Shown: positions 18,987 to 29,267, counted from the stretch's first letter. The stretch: 64,000 nucleotides of DNA from Candidatus Onthoplasma sp. (GCA_965646995.1 CBFGBH010000001.1:16372-80371), one strand, 5' to 3'. Numbers and translations: made by a program. The notes: generated by a model not told the origin, from the sequence alone.

Positions 18987-20198
18987 ATGAAAGAATTTAA
19001 AACAGTCCCTATCACACTAGTGACAGGCTATCTAGGTAGTGGAAAGACCACTCTACTAAACCATATCCTAACCAACACTAAGGGCTATAAAGTAGCTGTA
19101 ATAGTGAATGACATAGGAGAAGTCAATATTGACGCTGATCTAATTGAGAAAGGCGGAGTCGTAGGCAAGCGTGATGAGAGTCTAGTGGCATTGCAAAACG
19201 GCTGTATCTGCTGTACTCTTCGTCAAGATCTAATTGACCAAATACATGATATAGTGAAACAGCGTAAATTCGATCACATCATAATAGAAGCGAGCGGTAT
19301 ATGTGAGCCTATTCCTATCGCACAGACAATCAATTTTTTGACCGAGAGTTTCAAAGCAAAACATATGCCTATATTCTGCAAACTAGATGCTATAATAAGT
19401 GTAGTAGACACTCTTCGTATGGTACAAGAATTCGGCTGTGGAGATGAACTCATAAAAAAAGACATAGATGAGGAAGATATAGAGAACTTAGTCATTCAAC
19501 AGATAGAGTTCTGTGATATTCTCATAATGAACAAAGTAAGTGAAGTGTCTAAGGACGAATTTAAGCGTGTCAAGAAGATTATCAAACATCTACAGCCAAA
19601 AGCAAAAATTATCGAAGCTGACTACTCAAAAGTTGATTTAAAAGACATATTAGACACTGACCTATTCGATATGGAGAATGTATTAACTTCAGCTGGCTGG
19701 TTCCAAGAACTAGAAAAAGACCATGATGAAGACGAACACGAAGAGCATGACGACAAGCATCATCACGGACACGACGATGATGAGCATCAGCACCACGAAC
19801 ATCATCATCACCATGACCACGACGGAGGCGAGACTGAAGAATATGGGATCGGGACATTCGTATACTTTAGACGCAAACCATTTGACAGGCTGAAATTCGA
19901 GGACTGGGTAACCAAAGATTTTGGCAAACAAATAATTCGTACTAAAGGATTAGTATATTTCACTGATGATAACCGTATGTCATATGTCTATGAGCAGGCA
20001 GGCAAGCAAAAAGTTTTGAACGAGAATGGACCATGGTACGCCACTCTGCCTAGATATCAAATCGAGCAGTTATTATTAAATGATGAACGATTTAGACACG
20101 ACTGGGATAGCGAATATGGAGATAGAATGATTAAACTAGTGTTCATAGGACAGCATATTGACAAAGACAAGATTAGCAAAGAACTAGATAAAATATAA
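18987..20198 (+). CDS. COG0523 (CobW/ZigA-like) GTPase metallochaperone with His-rich insert
   Basis: P-loop GYLGSGKTT, CxCC motif GCICCT, His/Asp/Glu-rich stretch HDEDEHEEHDDKHHHGHDDDEHQHHEHHHHHDHD. RBS AAGGAG before ATG 18987. Confidence 0.85.
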   Translation: MKEFKTVPITLVTGYLGSGKTTLLNHILTNTKGYKVAVIVNDIGEVNIDADLIEKGGVVGKRDESLVALQNGCICCTLRQDLIDQIHDIVKQRKFDHIIIEASGICEPIPIAQTINFLTESFKAKHMPIFCKLDAIISVVDTLRMVQEFGCGDELIKKDIDEEDIENLVIQQIEFCDILIMNKVSEVSKDEFKRVKKIIKHLQPKAKIIEADYSKVDLKDILDTDLFDMENVLTSAGWFQELEKDHDEDEHEEHDDKHHHGHDDDEHQHHEHHHHHDHDGGETEEYGIGTFVYFRRKPFDRLKFEDWVTKDFGKQIIRTKGLVYFTDDNRMSYVYEQAGKQKVLNENGPWYATLPRYQIEQLLLNDERFRHDWDSEYGDRMIKLVFIGQHIDKDKISKELDKI

Positions 20199-20247
20199 AA
20201 AAAGATGCTTAGTTACTTACTTTTGAAACTAGCAGAATAATTAAAGA

Positions 20248-20282
20248 AAAACATAGACAAAACAGCCTATGTTTTCTTTTTT
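20248..20282 (+). terminator. Rho-independent terminator after the COG0523 gene
   Basis: Hairpin AAAACATAG/CTATGTTTT followed by CTTTTTT. Confidence 0.65.
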
Positions 20283-20310
20283 GTGCTTGCTCTCTCTTAA
20301 CCAGCAAAAA

Positions 20311-20410
20311 AAACGAATATCTCTGCCGTTGTCATAGGTTGGCATAAAAATATTACTTCTTCAAATAACAAGCCATTCACTTTAACCTTGACAACAAAGA
20401 ATATTCGTTT
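20311..20410. other. imperfect hairpin of about 100 nt between two convergent terminators
   Basis: AAACGAATAT pairs with ATATTCGTTT, GTTGTCA with TGACAAC, and AGGTTGGC with GCC...AACCT. A T8 run follows on the minus strand. Confidence 0.3.
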
Positions 20411-20424
20411 AAACTAAAATAATA

Positions 20425-20489
20425 GAGAAAAGAAAACAGAAAGCAAAAGAGCGGGCAGCGTTACGCTCTGCCAGCAACCGCTCTTTTGC
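20425..20489 (-). terminator. Rho-independent terminator for the S41 peptidase gene
   Basis: 12-bp GC-rich stem GCAAAAGAGCGG/CCGCTCTTTTGC followed on the minus strand by TTTCTGTTTTCTTTT. Confidence 0.6.
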
Positions 20490-20505
20490 AACAAAGTTTA
20501 GTTGT

Positions 20506-20564
20506 AGGCGTGTGCTTGGTTGGTGGAGCGAAGCGACAGCACTTGTATAACCAAGCACACGCCT
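20506..20564. other. 16-bp perfect GC-rich inverted repeat with a 27-nt loop (function unknown)
   Basis: AGGCGTGTGCTTGGTT ... AACCAAGCACACGCCT. No U-run on either strand. Lies between the S41 stop codon and its terminator. Confidence 0.5.
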
Positions 20565-20590
20565 AAATGCCAAAACTTAATGAGTTAATG

Positions 20591-21661
20591 TTAAGTCTGT
20601 ATGATTATTTTTTCTTTAATGTATTTAATAGCAGTTTCAAGTATTACATCTTCTTGATTTTGTATATCTTCGATAGATTCATCAACTAAAATATCTGGTT
20701 GAATTGCACCTTCATAACCAAAAATATCACTAAAATCCCATAATTTAATTGATGCAGAAAATTTCTTGCCTTCGACTTCTAATGGTTTAGTATATCCATA
20801 TGATTTTGCGGCACCTCCTGTAGGTTGTCCAATAAGAGGAGTTTTGAATTCTTTTTTAAACCTTGCAACAGCAAATCTACCAGAAGAAAATACACCATTA
20901 TTTATCAGCAAAACACCTTTCATATTTTTGACTCTTACTAAATCTTGATATGGGTTAAGAATTTCAGAATTTCCACCAGTATTATCACGCAAATCTAAAA
21001 TATATTCACTTATATTATCTTTATCTATTACTGCTTTTATTTCTTTCAAAAATTTTGAAAATGGATATTCTTTATCTTCCCAACATTTTCTATATCTAAA
21101 ATATAAGATATTCCCATCTAAGATTTTAAAGCTATATGGGGTATTTTGTACGTTTTGTTTTTGGTTTAAATTTTTTTGTTTACACAACTCTAAATTGGAA
21201 CCATCAACTAAAATTAAATTAAGTTTATTGTTGTCTATTAACTCAAGCATTTCATATATATATAAATTATTTACCAAAACTTTTATGCTACGATTTAACC
21301 ACTCTTGAGTTTCATAATTTACTAGTGGTTCAAGTTTTTTAACTAGTTCATTTGCTTTAAGCTTGCCAAAACAAGCTATTTCTTTCCAATTTTCATTATC
21401 TAACACATAGAATTTGTCGTGAATATATGTAAGCCTTTTATCAGTAGGGACATAGTCTGTCCAATAAGAAGTGTGAGCGTCTTTAAATAATGCAAAAAGT
21501 TTAAGCATTTCCAAATCAAACTTGGTCTCAGTCATATCATTTATTTTGTTAATGTTTTCTATGTGTTTTAATATTTTTTCTTTTGAAATATCATGATATA
21601 AGTTAATATGTTCTTTTTCAAGAGTTTCTAATATCTTAATTACAATTTGTTTGTTTGTCAT
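20591..21661 (-). CDS. S41 family peptidase-like protein (no signal peptide)
   Basis: ILDLRDNTGGNSEIL and LINNGVFSSGRFAV resemble the S41 catalytic core. Start moved to ATG 21661, which is preceded by TGcTATAAT and a GGAG RBS. Confidence 0.6.
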   Translation of the reverse strand: MTNKQIVIKILETLEKEHINLYHDISKEKILKHIENINKINDMTETKFDLEMLKLFALFKDAHTSYWTDYVPTDKRLTYIHDKFYVLDNENWKEIACFGKLKANELVKKLEPLVNYETQEWLNRSIKVLVNNLYIYEMLELIDNNKLNLILVDGSNLELCKQKNLNQKQNVQNTPYSFKILDGNILYFRYRKCWEDKEYPFSKFLKEIKAVIDKDNISEYILDLRDNTGGNSEILNPYQDLVRVKNMKGVLLINNGVFSSGRFAVARFKKEFKTPLIGQPTGGAAKSYGYTKPLEVEGKKFSASIKLWDFSDIFGYEGAIQPDILVDESIEDIQNQEDVILETAIKYIKEKIIIQT

Positions 21662-21715
21662 TTTATAATCTCCAAATTTATTATAGCACAAAACTTTTCA
21701 AATTGCACATACTAT

Positions 21716-21753
21716 TTAAATAAAAATCGAGCCTTATGTTTATAGGTTCGATT
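21716..21753 (-). terminator. terminator after the 21821..22609 gene
   Basis: 10-bp hairpin AATCGAGCCT/AGGTTCGATT (one G-U pair) followed by TTTTTATTT on the minus strand. Confidence 0.45.
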
Positions 21754-21820
21754 CTTGTTTTTATGAAACCGATAAATTTTGCTAGTTTCAAAATTTGTAA
21801 CCCTTAGCATCTCTTTTTTA

Positions 21821-22609
21821 TTAAATCGTAAATAATGGGTCTAAATTGATGGTATCTCTGATTTCACTGGACTCTTCAGCATACAATTTCTGCCTATTAA
21901 AGCAACTCATCAAACTATTAAAGCGGAATAGGTATTCATTATTGAGATTAGTGATAGACCTTTTAGTTTTCTTCTTAGATTTCTTACCAGTGATAGTCAT
22001 TGTCTTAATCATATTCGCACTTAAGTCATAGAACGAACGGAAATGTTCACTAACTACAGCTTTAAACGCAGTGTCTGAAGTTATGATATCGTACTCTTTC
22101 TCGAATTCAAAATTTTCAACAAACCACTCTATCTCTGACTTCTTAAGTATATTTTCATTCAAGAATAAAGCTTTTAGGAAATCTAGTCTGAACTTCTCAT
22201 TCGCTTTTAAATACTCGTTGATATATTGATAAAAGAAGCAATCACAATCTTTTGGACTAGGTGTAATCTTCGCTGCATCTACCAAATAGTACATATCATT
22301 AGTCAATATTTTGCTGAACTTCATAGACTTGTGATTACCGCTAGTGATAATCCTATTACCCCAAGCATAGCACTCTCCACTACTGCATGGACGGATGGTC
22401 TTACCTTGCGATAACTTCAACATAAATCTCTTCATTCTAGACCTACCATGTGATTTAGGGGTTTCATTATTCATATAGTCTTCCCACTCTGCACTAGCGT
22501 CAAGACTCTCATTCTCTCGACCAGTATTGTCAAATTTGTCTAGATTCCTCTCTAGTTCTTCTATCTCATTTCTCTCACGAGCAGTAATTATTAAATTTCT
22601 TCTTCTCAT
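21821..22609 (-). CDS. hypothetical protein
   Basis: 262-aa ORF with RBS AAGGAG. Basic N-terminus and a Lys-rich internal patch. No family recognised. Confidence 0.5.
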   Translation of the reverse strand: MRRRNLIITARERNEIEELERNLDKFDNTGRENESLDASAEWEDYMNNETPKSHGRSRMKRFMLKLSQGKTIRPCSSGECYAWGNRIITSGNHKSMKFSKILTNDMYYLVDAAKITPSPKDCDCFFYQYINEYLKANEKFRLDFLKALFLNENILKKSEIEWFVENFEFEKEYDIITSDTAFKAVVSEHFRSFYDLSANMIKTMTITGKKSKKKTKRSITNLNNEYLFRFNSLMSCFNRQKLYAEESSEIRDTINLDPLFTI

Positions 22610-22781
22610 ATAAACTCCTTAATTGACTGCATTGTAGCATTGAGCTATCTACTTGTCAATACCAAAATTCAAAATTTGTCGAAAAATTTTTAGCCAAAAT
22701 ATGTAAGAACTATGAAAAATTATTAATATTATAAAATTTTTTATCTTTAGATTAGTTTTCTCTTGTATTCATGAGAAAATA

Positions 22782-22790
22782 TGATATAAT
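22782..22790 (+). promoter_or_regulatory. extended -10 box TGaTATAAT, 6 nt before the pth ATG (leaderless candidate)
   Basis: TGATATAAT, then TGAGAC, then ATG at 22797. Confidence 0.5.
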
Positions 22791-22796
22791 TGAGAC

Positions 22797-23327
22797 ATGA
22801 AAATTATAGTAGGTTTAGGTAACCCAGAGGGTAAATATAATAACACCTATCACAATGTAGGCTTTAGCATTGTTGATTCTTTCGCTAGGCAGAATGCTCT
22901 CAAATTCACTATCAAGAAATGTCGTGGGCTAATAGCAAAAGGCGATGGTTACTATTTAGTGAAACCTACTACTTATATGAACTTAAGTGGAGATTGTGTA
23001 AGTGAACTTAAAAAATACTTCAAGGTAGCCTTGTCAGAAATATTGATAGTACTAGACGACATCGACATGCCCAAAGGTAAAGTTCGCTTTCGACTTAATG
23101 GTAGCGCCGGTACACATAATGGTCTGCGAGATATTGTAGCGAAAGTAGGCGAAACTCCAAGGCTACGAATCGGCGTAGATAGAGATAGGTCAATGGCTTT
23201 AGCTGACTATGTACTCTCCACTATAGATGAGAAAAGTAAAGAACTACTCTCTCCTGCCTATTCTAACGCGTGTAGTTTAATACAAAAATTTATTGATGGT
23301 GAACTATGCCAAGATACGACGATTTAG
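22797..23327 (+). CDS. pth: peptidyl-tRNA hydrolase
   Basis: MKIIVGLGNPEGKYNNTYHNVGF and GTHNGLRDI are canonical Pth motifs. Confidence 0.93.
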   Translation: MKIIVGLGNPEGKYNNTYHNVGFSIVDSFARQNALKFTIKKCRGLIAKGDGYYLVKPTTYMNLSGDCVSELKKYFKVALSEILIVLDDIDMPKGKVRFRLNGSAGTHNGLRDIVAKVGETPRLRIGVDRDRSMALADYVLSTIDEKSKELLSPAYSNACSLIQKFIDGELCQDTTI

Positions 23328-26300
23328 CTTTTTGTGGCAAACAACCTGTGCTATGTAGTAATCTCGGCTTGGGCGAACAGGGAAGCATTTTAACTAAACT
23401 TGATTCGGCTCTATATATCGCTCCCGACCTAACTACTGCTAGACAAATCAAAGCTCAGCTAGATGCACTGAATAAACAGAATGTGATAATAGACGATTTT
23501 GATAGACCGTATACTCTATCTACTTTTTCTAATAGTGATAAAAAATATGATATTATATCTGCTCTCTATCATTTAATTAATGGGCATTCTATAATAATTT
23601 CAACATCAAAAATTTTATCAACACTTCTTCCTAATCTAGATGATTTTAAAGCGAATATTCTTACACTTGAGAAAAATAAAGAATACAATCGACTAGACAT
23701 TGGGAGAAAACTAATCTCTATCGGCTACAAAAAAGTCGAGACAGCCATCTCACGTGGAGAATTCTCTGTACGTGGCGATATTATAGATATTTTCAATACT
23801 GTAGATGACACCCCTACGAGACTAGACTTTTTTGACATTTCACTAGAAGAAATCTACACATATGACAGCATAGATTTTGAGAAAAAAGAATGTCTTAATA
23901 CCATAAGTATCACACCAAACAAATTAATGCTAACAAACGAATCTGAACAAATAATAAATAGCCTAAAAAATCTAGCAGTCGACAATCCAATATTTTATGA
24001 TATTATATCCTCGCTTGAAAATAAACAAGACATTCCTCTAGAGTTCATCGCTCCATTCACAAATAGTTTATCTACATTCTTAGATACAGACATTCCTATA
24101 GTTATAAATAATTTTCTGCAAGTAGAAAATCAAATTAATTTGAATTACGAAGATTTAAATAAAAAATTAAATAATATATTTAAATCAGAAGAAATTATTA
24201 ATTTATATAAAAATAATAAAAAATTATTAAAAAATAATGAAATTTATTTAAAATATAGCTATAAAATAGTATTTTTTGAAAATTTTGATTTAAATTCAAC
24301 AGATATAAAAAATAGATTAAATTCAAGCAATTTTATACACATTGATTTTAAAACTAAGAATTTCCCATCATTTTTAAAAAATATATCATCAATTAAAAAT
24401 GAATTAAATCCATATCTAGAAAAACAAATCTATCTATGTCTCGATAGCCTTGATACTTATAAATCTATCGAAAAAATTTTTAAAGAAACAGCTATTCCTT
24501 ATACCACCAATAAAAATGCTAAAGGAATAATTCTAACCGAATTAAAAATACCATATAACATCTGTTTTGGCGATGAAGAAAAATTCTATATAGGCAGTAC
24601 TAATTTCGCTCATAAAAAGCAATTCAAATCAGAGACAAAATCTAGCATTAAATACCTCCCTAAAGCGGGCGAGTATGTCGTTCACTCCACGCATGGTATT
24701 GGTAGATGTGAAGGTGTAGTAAATGTCAATGTATCGGGCATTGATAAAGAATTTTTCAAGATAATCTATCGTGGTGGAGACAGTCTATATGTTCCATATG
24801 AAAATGCAGATACATTATCTCTATATATGGCAGACGGAGAAAATATATCTTTAAATAAACTCGGCGGAAAGGAGTTTTTAAACGAGAAACTAAAAGCTGT
24901 TAAATCCATTGAAGATATGAGCCATGACTTACTTGAACTATATGCCAAACGAAAAGCGACCAAAGGTTTTAAATATCCAGAAGATGACTATATCTATACC
25001 GAATTTGAGAATGCCTTTGAGTACACTGAAACTATTGACCAACTTCAAGCGATATCAGATATTAAGCAAGACATGACGACAGGTAAAGTGATGGACAGAT
25101 TGATATGCGGAGATGTCGGATTTGGTAAAACCGAAGTAGCACTTCGTGCAGTATTCAAAGCCATACAAGCAAATAAGCAAGTAGCAATACTCGCACCTAC
25201 CACTATATTAAGCTTACAACATTTTATGACTGCCAATACTCGCATGAAAGAATTTGGTGTCAAGGTAGAGATGCTCAACCGCTTTCGCGCAAAAAAAGAG
25301 CAGTCAGCTATTCTAGAGGATTTAAGACTTGGTAAGATTAATGTAATTTGTGGCACTCATAGACTTCTATCTAATGATGTCAAATTCCACGACTTAGGAC
25401 TATTAGTACTAGATGAGGAACAGCGTTTCGGAGTTAAAGCAAAAGAACAGATTAAGCAAATTAAGAATAATATTGATGTCCTTACTCTTTCTGCCACCCC
25501 AATACCCAGAACTTTAAGCATGTCCTTAATGTCTATTCGAGACATCAGCATAATCAATACTCCACCTGTAGACAGACTACCTGTTAAAACCTATGTTCTT
25601 GGTTATAATGAAGATATTATACTTAGTGCAATTAATGACGAAATTAATCGTGATGGGCAAGTGTTGATTGTTTATAACAATATTGAATATATCTATAAGT
25701 TAGCCCTTAATTTAGAAAAAAAATTAGACAATCCAAGAGCTCATTTTGATGTGGCACACGGACAGATGAGCGAAATCGCTCTAGAGAATGCTATCAAGCG
25801 ATTATATGACAAAGAGACCAATATCTTCGTCTCTACTACCCTTATTGAGAATGGAATAGATTTGCCAAAAGCAAATACGCTGATCGTTATTGACAGTGAC
25901 CGACTCGGACTGAGTCAAATGTATCAACTTCGTGGAAGAGTCGGACGAAATACAGAACAAGCCTATGCATATTTTACCTATAATAAAGGTAAAGTCCTTA
26001 CTGAAGATGCTACCAATAGGTTACAGGCAATAGCTGAAAATACCGAACTTGGCAGTGGTTTTAAAATCGCTATGCGAGATTTATCCATACGAGGTGCGGG
26101 CGAACTTCTTGGCAAAGTACAGCATGGTCATATGGTTAAAATTGGCTATGATATGTACACAAAACTTCTCAACGATACACTAAAACGCCTCAAAGGTGAG
26201 AAAGTAGACATTGAACGAGAAATCAAGATTGATATAGCCATTGCATCTAAGATACCTTATACTTTCGTAGATGATGAGACTGAACGCTTAAAAATAATAG

Positions 26301-26650
26301 CTAAAATATCTAACATATCAGACAAAGCATCAGCTAGAACTACTTTAAATGAATTGATAATTAGTTATGGTAAATTACCAAACGAAATATATACTTTAAC
26401 CAATATCACACTATTGAAGTCCCTTGCTATTAAATGCGGAGTTAAGCTTATCACTATCAATAAATCAAGAATAGCAGTCACATTCTATAACGACACTGAT
26501 ATAAAAAAATTAATTGACAAAGTAAAGAAATATCCACATTTTACTTTTGAAAACGCAACTCTACCTACTATTACATTAAAATCAAGTGAATTTAGTATAC
26601 AAACCGCTATAACTTACATTATCGGTTTCTTTGAGATATTTAACGACTAA
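23306..26650 (+). CDS. mfd: transcription-repair coupling factor
   Basis: 1114 aa. Helicase motifs GDVGFGKTEVA, DEEQRFGV, SATPIPRT and QLRGRVGR. Conserved pth-mfd gene order. Confidence 0.93.
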   Translation: MPRYDDLAFCGKQPVLCSNLGLGEQGSILTKLDSALYIAPDLTTARQIKAQLDALNKQNVIIDDFDRPYTLSTFSNSDKKYDIISALYHLINGHSIIISTSKILSTLLPNLDDFKANILTLEKNKEYNRLDIGRKLISIGYKKVETAISRGEFSVRGDIIDIFNTVDDTPTRLDFFDISLEEIYTYDSIDFEKKECLNTISITPNKLMLTNESEQIINSLKNLAVDNPIFYDIISSLENKQDIPLEFIAPFTNSLSTFLDTDIPIVINNFLQVENQINLNYEDLNKKLNNIFKSEEIINLYKNNKKLLKNNEIYLKYSYKIVFFENFDLNSTDIKNRLNSSNFIHIDFKTKNFPSFLKNISSIKNELNPYLEKQIYLCLDSLDTYKSIEKIFKETAIPYTTNKNAKGIILTELKIPYNICFGDEEKFYIGSTNFAHKKQFKSETKSSIKYLPKAGEYVVHSTHGIGRCEGVVNVNVSGIDKEFFKIIYRGGDSLYVPYENADTLSLYMADGENISLNKLGGKEFLNEKLKAVKSIEDMSHDLLELYAKRKATKGFKYPEDDYIYTEFENAFEYTETIDQLQAISDIKQDMTTGKVMDRLICGDVGFGKTEVALRAVFKAIQANKQVAILAPTTILSLQHFMTANTRMKEFGVKVEMLNRFRAKKEQSAILEDLRLGKINVICGTHRLLSNDVKFHDLGLLVLDEEQRFGVKAKEQIKQIKNNIDVLTLSATPIPRTLSMSLMSIRDISIINTPPVDRLPVKTYVLGYNEDIILSAINDEINRDGQVLIVYNNIEYIYKLALNLEKKLDNPRAHFDVAHGQMSEIALENAIKRLYDKETNIFVSTTLIENGIDLPKANTLIVIDSDRLGLSQMYQLRGRVGRNTEQAYAYFTYNKGKVLTEDATNRLQAIAENTELGSGFKIAMRDLSIRGAGELLGKVQHGHMVKIGYDMYTKLLNDTLKRLKGEKVDIEREIKIDIAIASKIPYTFVDDETERLKIIAKISNISDKASARTTLNELIISYGKLPNEIYTLTNITLLKSLAIKCGVKLITINKSRIAVTFYNDTDIKKLIDKVKKYPHFTFENATLPTITLKSSEFSIQTAITYIIGFFEIFND

Positions 26651-26741
26651 AACTCTTGATTTTTATTATAAACTATTATATAATAGTAAATAATTACTAT
26701 ATTAACTCACGCATAAAGCGTGACAACTAACGGAGTGAATT

Positions 26742-28589
26742 GTGAAGAGATATTTTGCTTTAATTTTATGTTTTTTAATGATTGTTACTTGCAGTTTTGC
26801 AGGTTGTGCTACTTTTTCGATTGATAGAGTCAAGTATTACAACGAAGTGGTAGCCAAGGTAGGTGATACTAATATTACTCGATACGAACTTCTATCTGCA
26901 TATAATAGTTACGGAAAGTCATCTTTCGGCACTGACGCTATGAACAATACTCTAGATTTACTAATTGATAGAGAGGTCATGTATCAATACGCTAAGACCG
27001 AAGAAAAATTCGCACCTACAGCATATCAAATCAACTCTGCTATCAAATCTATTTTTGATTCGCTAGATAGCCAAATGGATAGTTATGTGTCCACTGCTAA
27101 GAAGAAATTAAATATTGAATCCAACAATGATAATACCAATACAGAAAACAATAACTCTAACCCTTTATATAAAGATTATACTTATACCAAGCGAGCCAAA
27201 CTAGAAAATGTATATATAAAAGATGAGACCACTCAAGAAAATAAATTAGAGTATAAAATAGTCTATGACATTAAAAAAGAGCCTACTGCGTTTGACGAGC
27301 TTATCGAGCGAAAATATTTAGACGACTTCACTCAAGAAGGTACAATACAAGCTATTAATAATAAATTTCTACAAAAATTCAATGAATCTCTATCTAACGA
27401 AGAAAAACAATCTGACATCTATAAAGAAGCATTGAATCTACTTGCAGATGATTTAATCGACTATGAATATTATCTTCGTGATGAGAATAATCGTCCTTAT
27501 AATACAGTTACCAACGACTTAATATATAGATATTTCGAAAGGAATTTTGAAGCACAAGTAAAATCTCTATATCTAAGCAATATCCGTGTTGATTATTTAA
27601 AAAATGAGAAATTATCTATTAGTTCATTAGAGGAGAAGTTTACTCAACTAATGAGCGCAAATTACGAGACCTATGTCAATCATCCTAAAAAATATGCAGA
27701 CGCCATGAAAGACATCGGTACCAAAGCAGACACTATGCTATATCATCCAGATTTAGCTGACACATCTGATACTGAAAATGCTACTAAATTTGGTTATTTC
27801 GCACATGTATTATTAAGTTTCGATGAGATACAAAAAAATGATATTAAAGAGCTAGAGGAAAGCAAAAAATTAGGTAACTACATTGACAACGAGGAAGCAT
27901 ACGAACTAGCACTTAAGTCCATCGCTTCTAGAACAATGGTCAAAGAGAAAAATTTAGATACAGGCGAAGAACTTGACCAAGAAGCAAAATCGTATCAGAA
28001 CATAATAGATAATGAATATTCTAAAATCGTAAATATAGCAGACCCAGAGACTAGATTAAACGAATTCATTAAGTTCATGTTTAAATATACCGGCGACACT
28101 GCTACACTTAGTGCAGGTATGCCGTATGTGGTCGGCACAAATGGCTATAGTGCTATGGAGACCGCCTTCACGGAAGAAGCAGTACGCTTAATTAACGCAG
28201 GGAAAGCTGACAGCATGACACCAGCTAATACCGAGAATATGGTAATCACATCATATGGTATTCATCTATTATATTACATCGGAGATGTAAGAGATGTTCG
28301 ATACTCTATTCCGTATACTGATATGAATTCTGTATATATTCAGACTAACGACAATGAGTCCGACGAAGGTAGATGTAATTTATATACCAAAGTGTTAAAC
28401 CCTCTAACTAAACAAACATATTTTGACATGCTGTTTGATAAAGTATATCCAGCTGGAAGTTCTAGCGAAGTATATACTTCTAAGACTGGTTACTCTGAAT
28501 TTGAAGAAGATTTAGTAGAGACACAAAAAGATATATTCAAAGTAACAAAATATACTACTAGAATAAAAGGCACAAAACCTAATATTTAA
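26742..28589 (+). CDS. PrsA/SurA-like lipoprotein with a parvulin-type PPIase signature
   Basis: GTG start with RBS. Lipobox SFAGC. C-terminal ITSYGIHLLYYIGD resembles the PpiC-type rotamase motif. Confidence 0.5.
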   Translation: MKRYFALILCFLMIVTCSFAGCATFSIDRVKYYNEVVAKVGDTNITRYELLSAYNSYGKSSFGTDAMNNTLDLLIDREVMYQYAKTEEKFAPTAYQINSAIKSIFDSLDSQMDSYVSTAKKKLNIESNNDNTNTENNNSNPLYKDYTYTKRAKLENVYIKDETTQENKLEYKIVYDIKKEPTAFDELIERKYLDDFTQEGTIQAINNKFLQKFNESLSNEEKQSDIYKEALNLLADDLIDYEYYLRDENNRPYNTVTNDLIYRYFERNFEAQVKSLYLSNIRVDYLKNEKLSISSLEEKFTQLMSANYETYVNHPKKYADAMKDIGTKADTMLYHPDLADTSDTENATKFGYFAHVLLSFDEIQKNDIKELEESKKLGNYIDNEEAYELALKSIASRTMVKEKNLDTGEELDQEAKSYQNIIDNEYSKIVNIADPETRLNEFIKFMFKYTGDTATLSAGMPYVVGTNGYSAMETAFTEEAVRLINAGKADSMTPANTENMVITSYGIHLLYYIGDVRDVRYSIPYTDMNSVYIQTNDNESDEGRCNLYTKVLNPLTKQTYFDMLFDKVYPAGSSSEVYTSKTGYSEFEEDLVETQKDIFKVTKYTTRIKGTKPNI

Positions 28590-28614
28590 AGTCCTACATT
28601 GTAGGATTTTTTTA
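28590..28614 (+). terminator. Rho-independent terminator
   Basis: Hairpin TCCTAC/GTAGGA followed by TTTTTTT. Confidence 0.6.
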
Positions 28615-28664
28615 TGCATAAAATATCTTTTTTATCACAAAATAACCATATATAAGGAGATTTT

Positions 28665-29267
28665 ATGGAAAAAGTAAAATCAAAACCACGCATCTCGGGT
28701 GCTAGCGTCGCTATTGTAGCTCTATCAATATTGTTGATCGCTACTATCGGCATAGGTATCGCACTCGCATACTTTACTTCTAATGCGACTGCTACTGGTA
28801 GCATAACTCTTGGCGACCCTGTTACTATTTCTATCACGCAGGGCGGAGCTTCAGTTTCATCTCTCACATTTGATGACAAAGCGTTACCAGGCTCAATATA
28901 TAAGCAACCAATCGGGATATCCTCTCCCGCAAAGATGACAGAAGCTCTGATGCGTGCTAAACTTACTATCACTGACGCAGATGGATCTTCAACTAATGTG
29001 GAAGCGACAACGACAACTAACTGGATAGCAGGCGAAGATAATTATTACTACTACAATGGTTCAATACTCGCCAATGGAAATATTGATTTCATTACTGCTA
29101 TTAAAATTCCAACTACACTAACTAATGAAGCCGCCAATACTACCTATACCATCGATATAGTAGTTGAAGCAATTCAGCGCGCTAATAATGCGGCCAATGC
29201 AGTATGGACTACCGCTCCTGAAGAATGGTTGAATACTTATTCGCCAGTGCCGACAGAAGCAGAATAA
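28665..29267 (+). CDS. secreted protein with a SipW-cognate type signal peptide (TasA/camelysin-like class)
   Basis: N-terminus KPRISGASVAIVALSILLIATIGIGIALAYFTS has the ...AYF(T/S) motif typical of SipW-dependent signal peptides. Confidence 0.45.
   Translation: MEKVKSKPRISGASVAIVALSILLIATIGIGIALAYFTSNATATGSITLGDPVTISITQGGASVSSLTFDDKALPGSIYKQPIGISSPAKMTEALMRAKLTITDADGSSTNVEATTTTNWIAGEDNYYYYNGSILANGNIDFITAIKIPTTLTNEAANTTYTIDIVVEAIQRANNAANAVWTTAPEEWLNTYSPVPTEAE

Noticed and set aside
19700-19860. Repetitive CAT/CAC/GAC/GAA-rich stretch as a DNA repeat element, with overlapping antisense ORFs 19609..19857 and 19710..19931
   Set aside because: It is the His/Asp/Glu-rich coding insert of the COG0523 GTPase. 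The antisense ORFs are shadows of this low-complexity coding region.
28586-28972. 128-aa minus-strand ORF overlapping the start of the SipW-type signal peptide protein
   Set aside because: It is antisense to a gene with a good RBS and a recognisable signal peptide. It has no RBS and an odd composition. It is treated as a shadow ORF.
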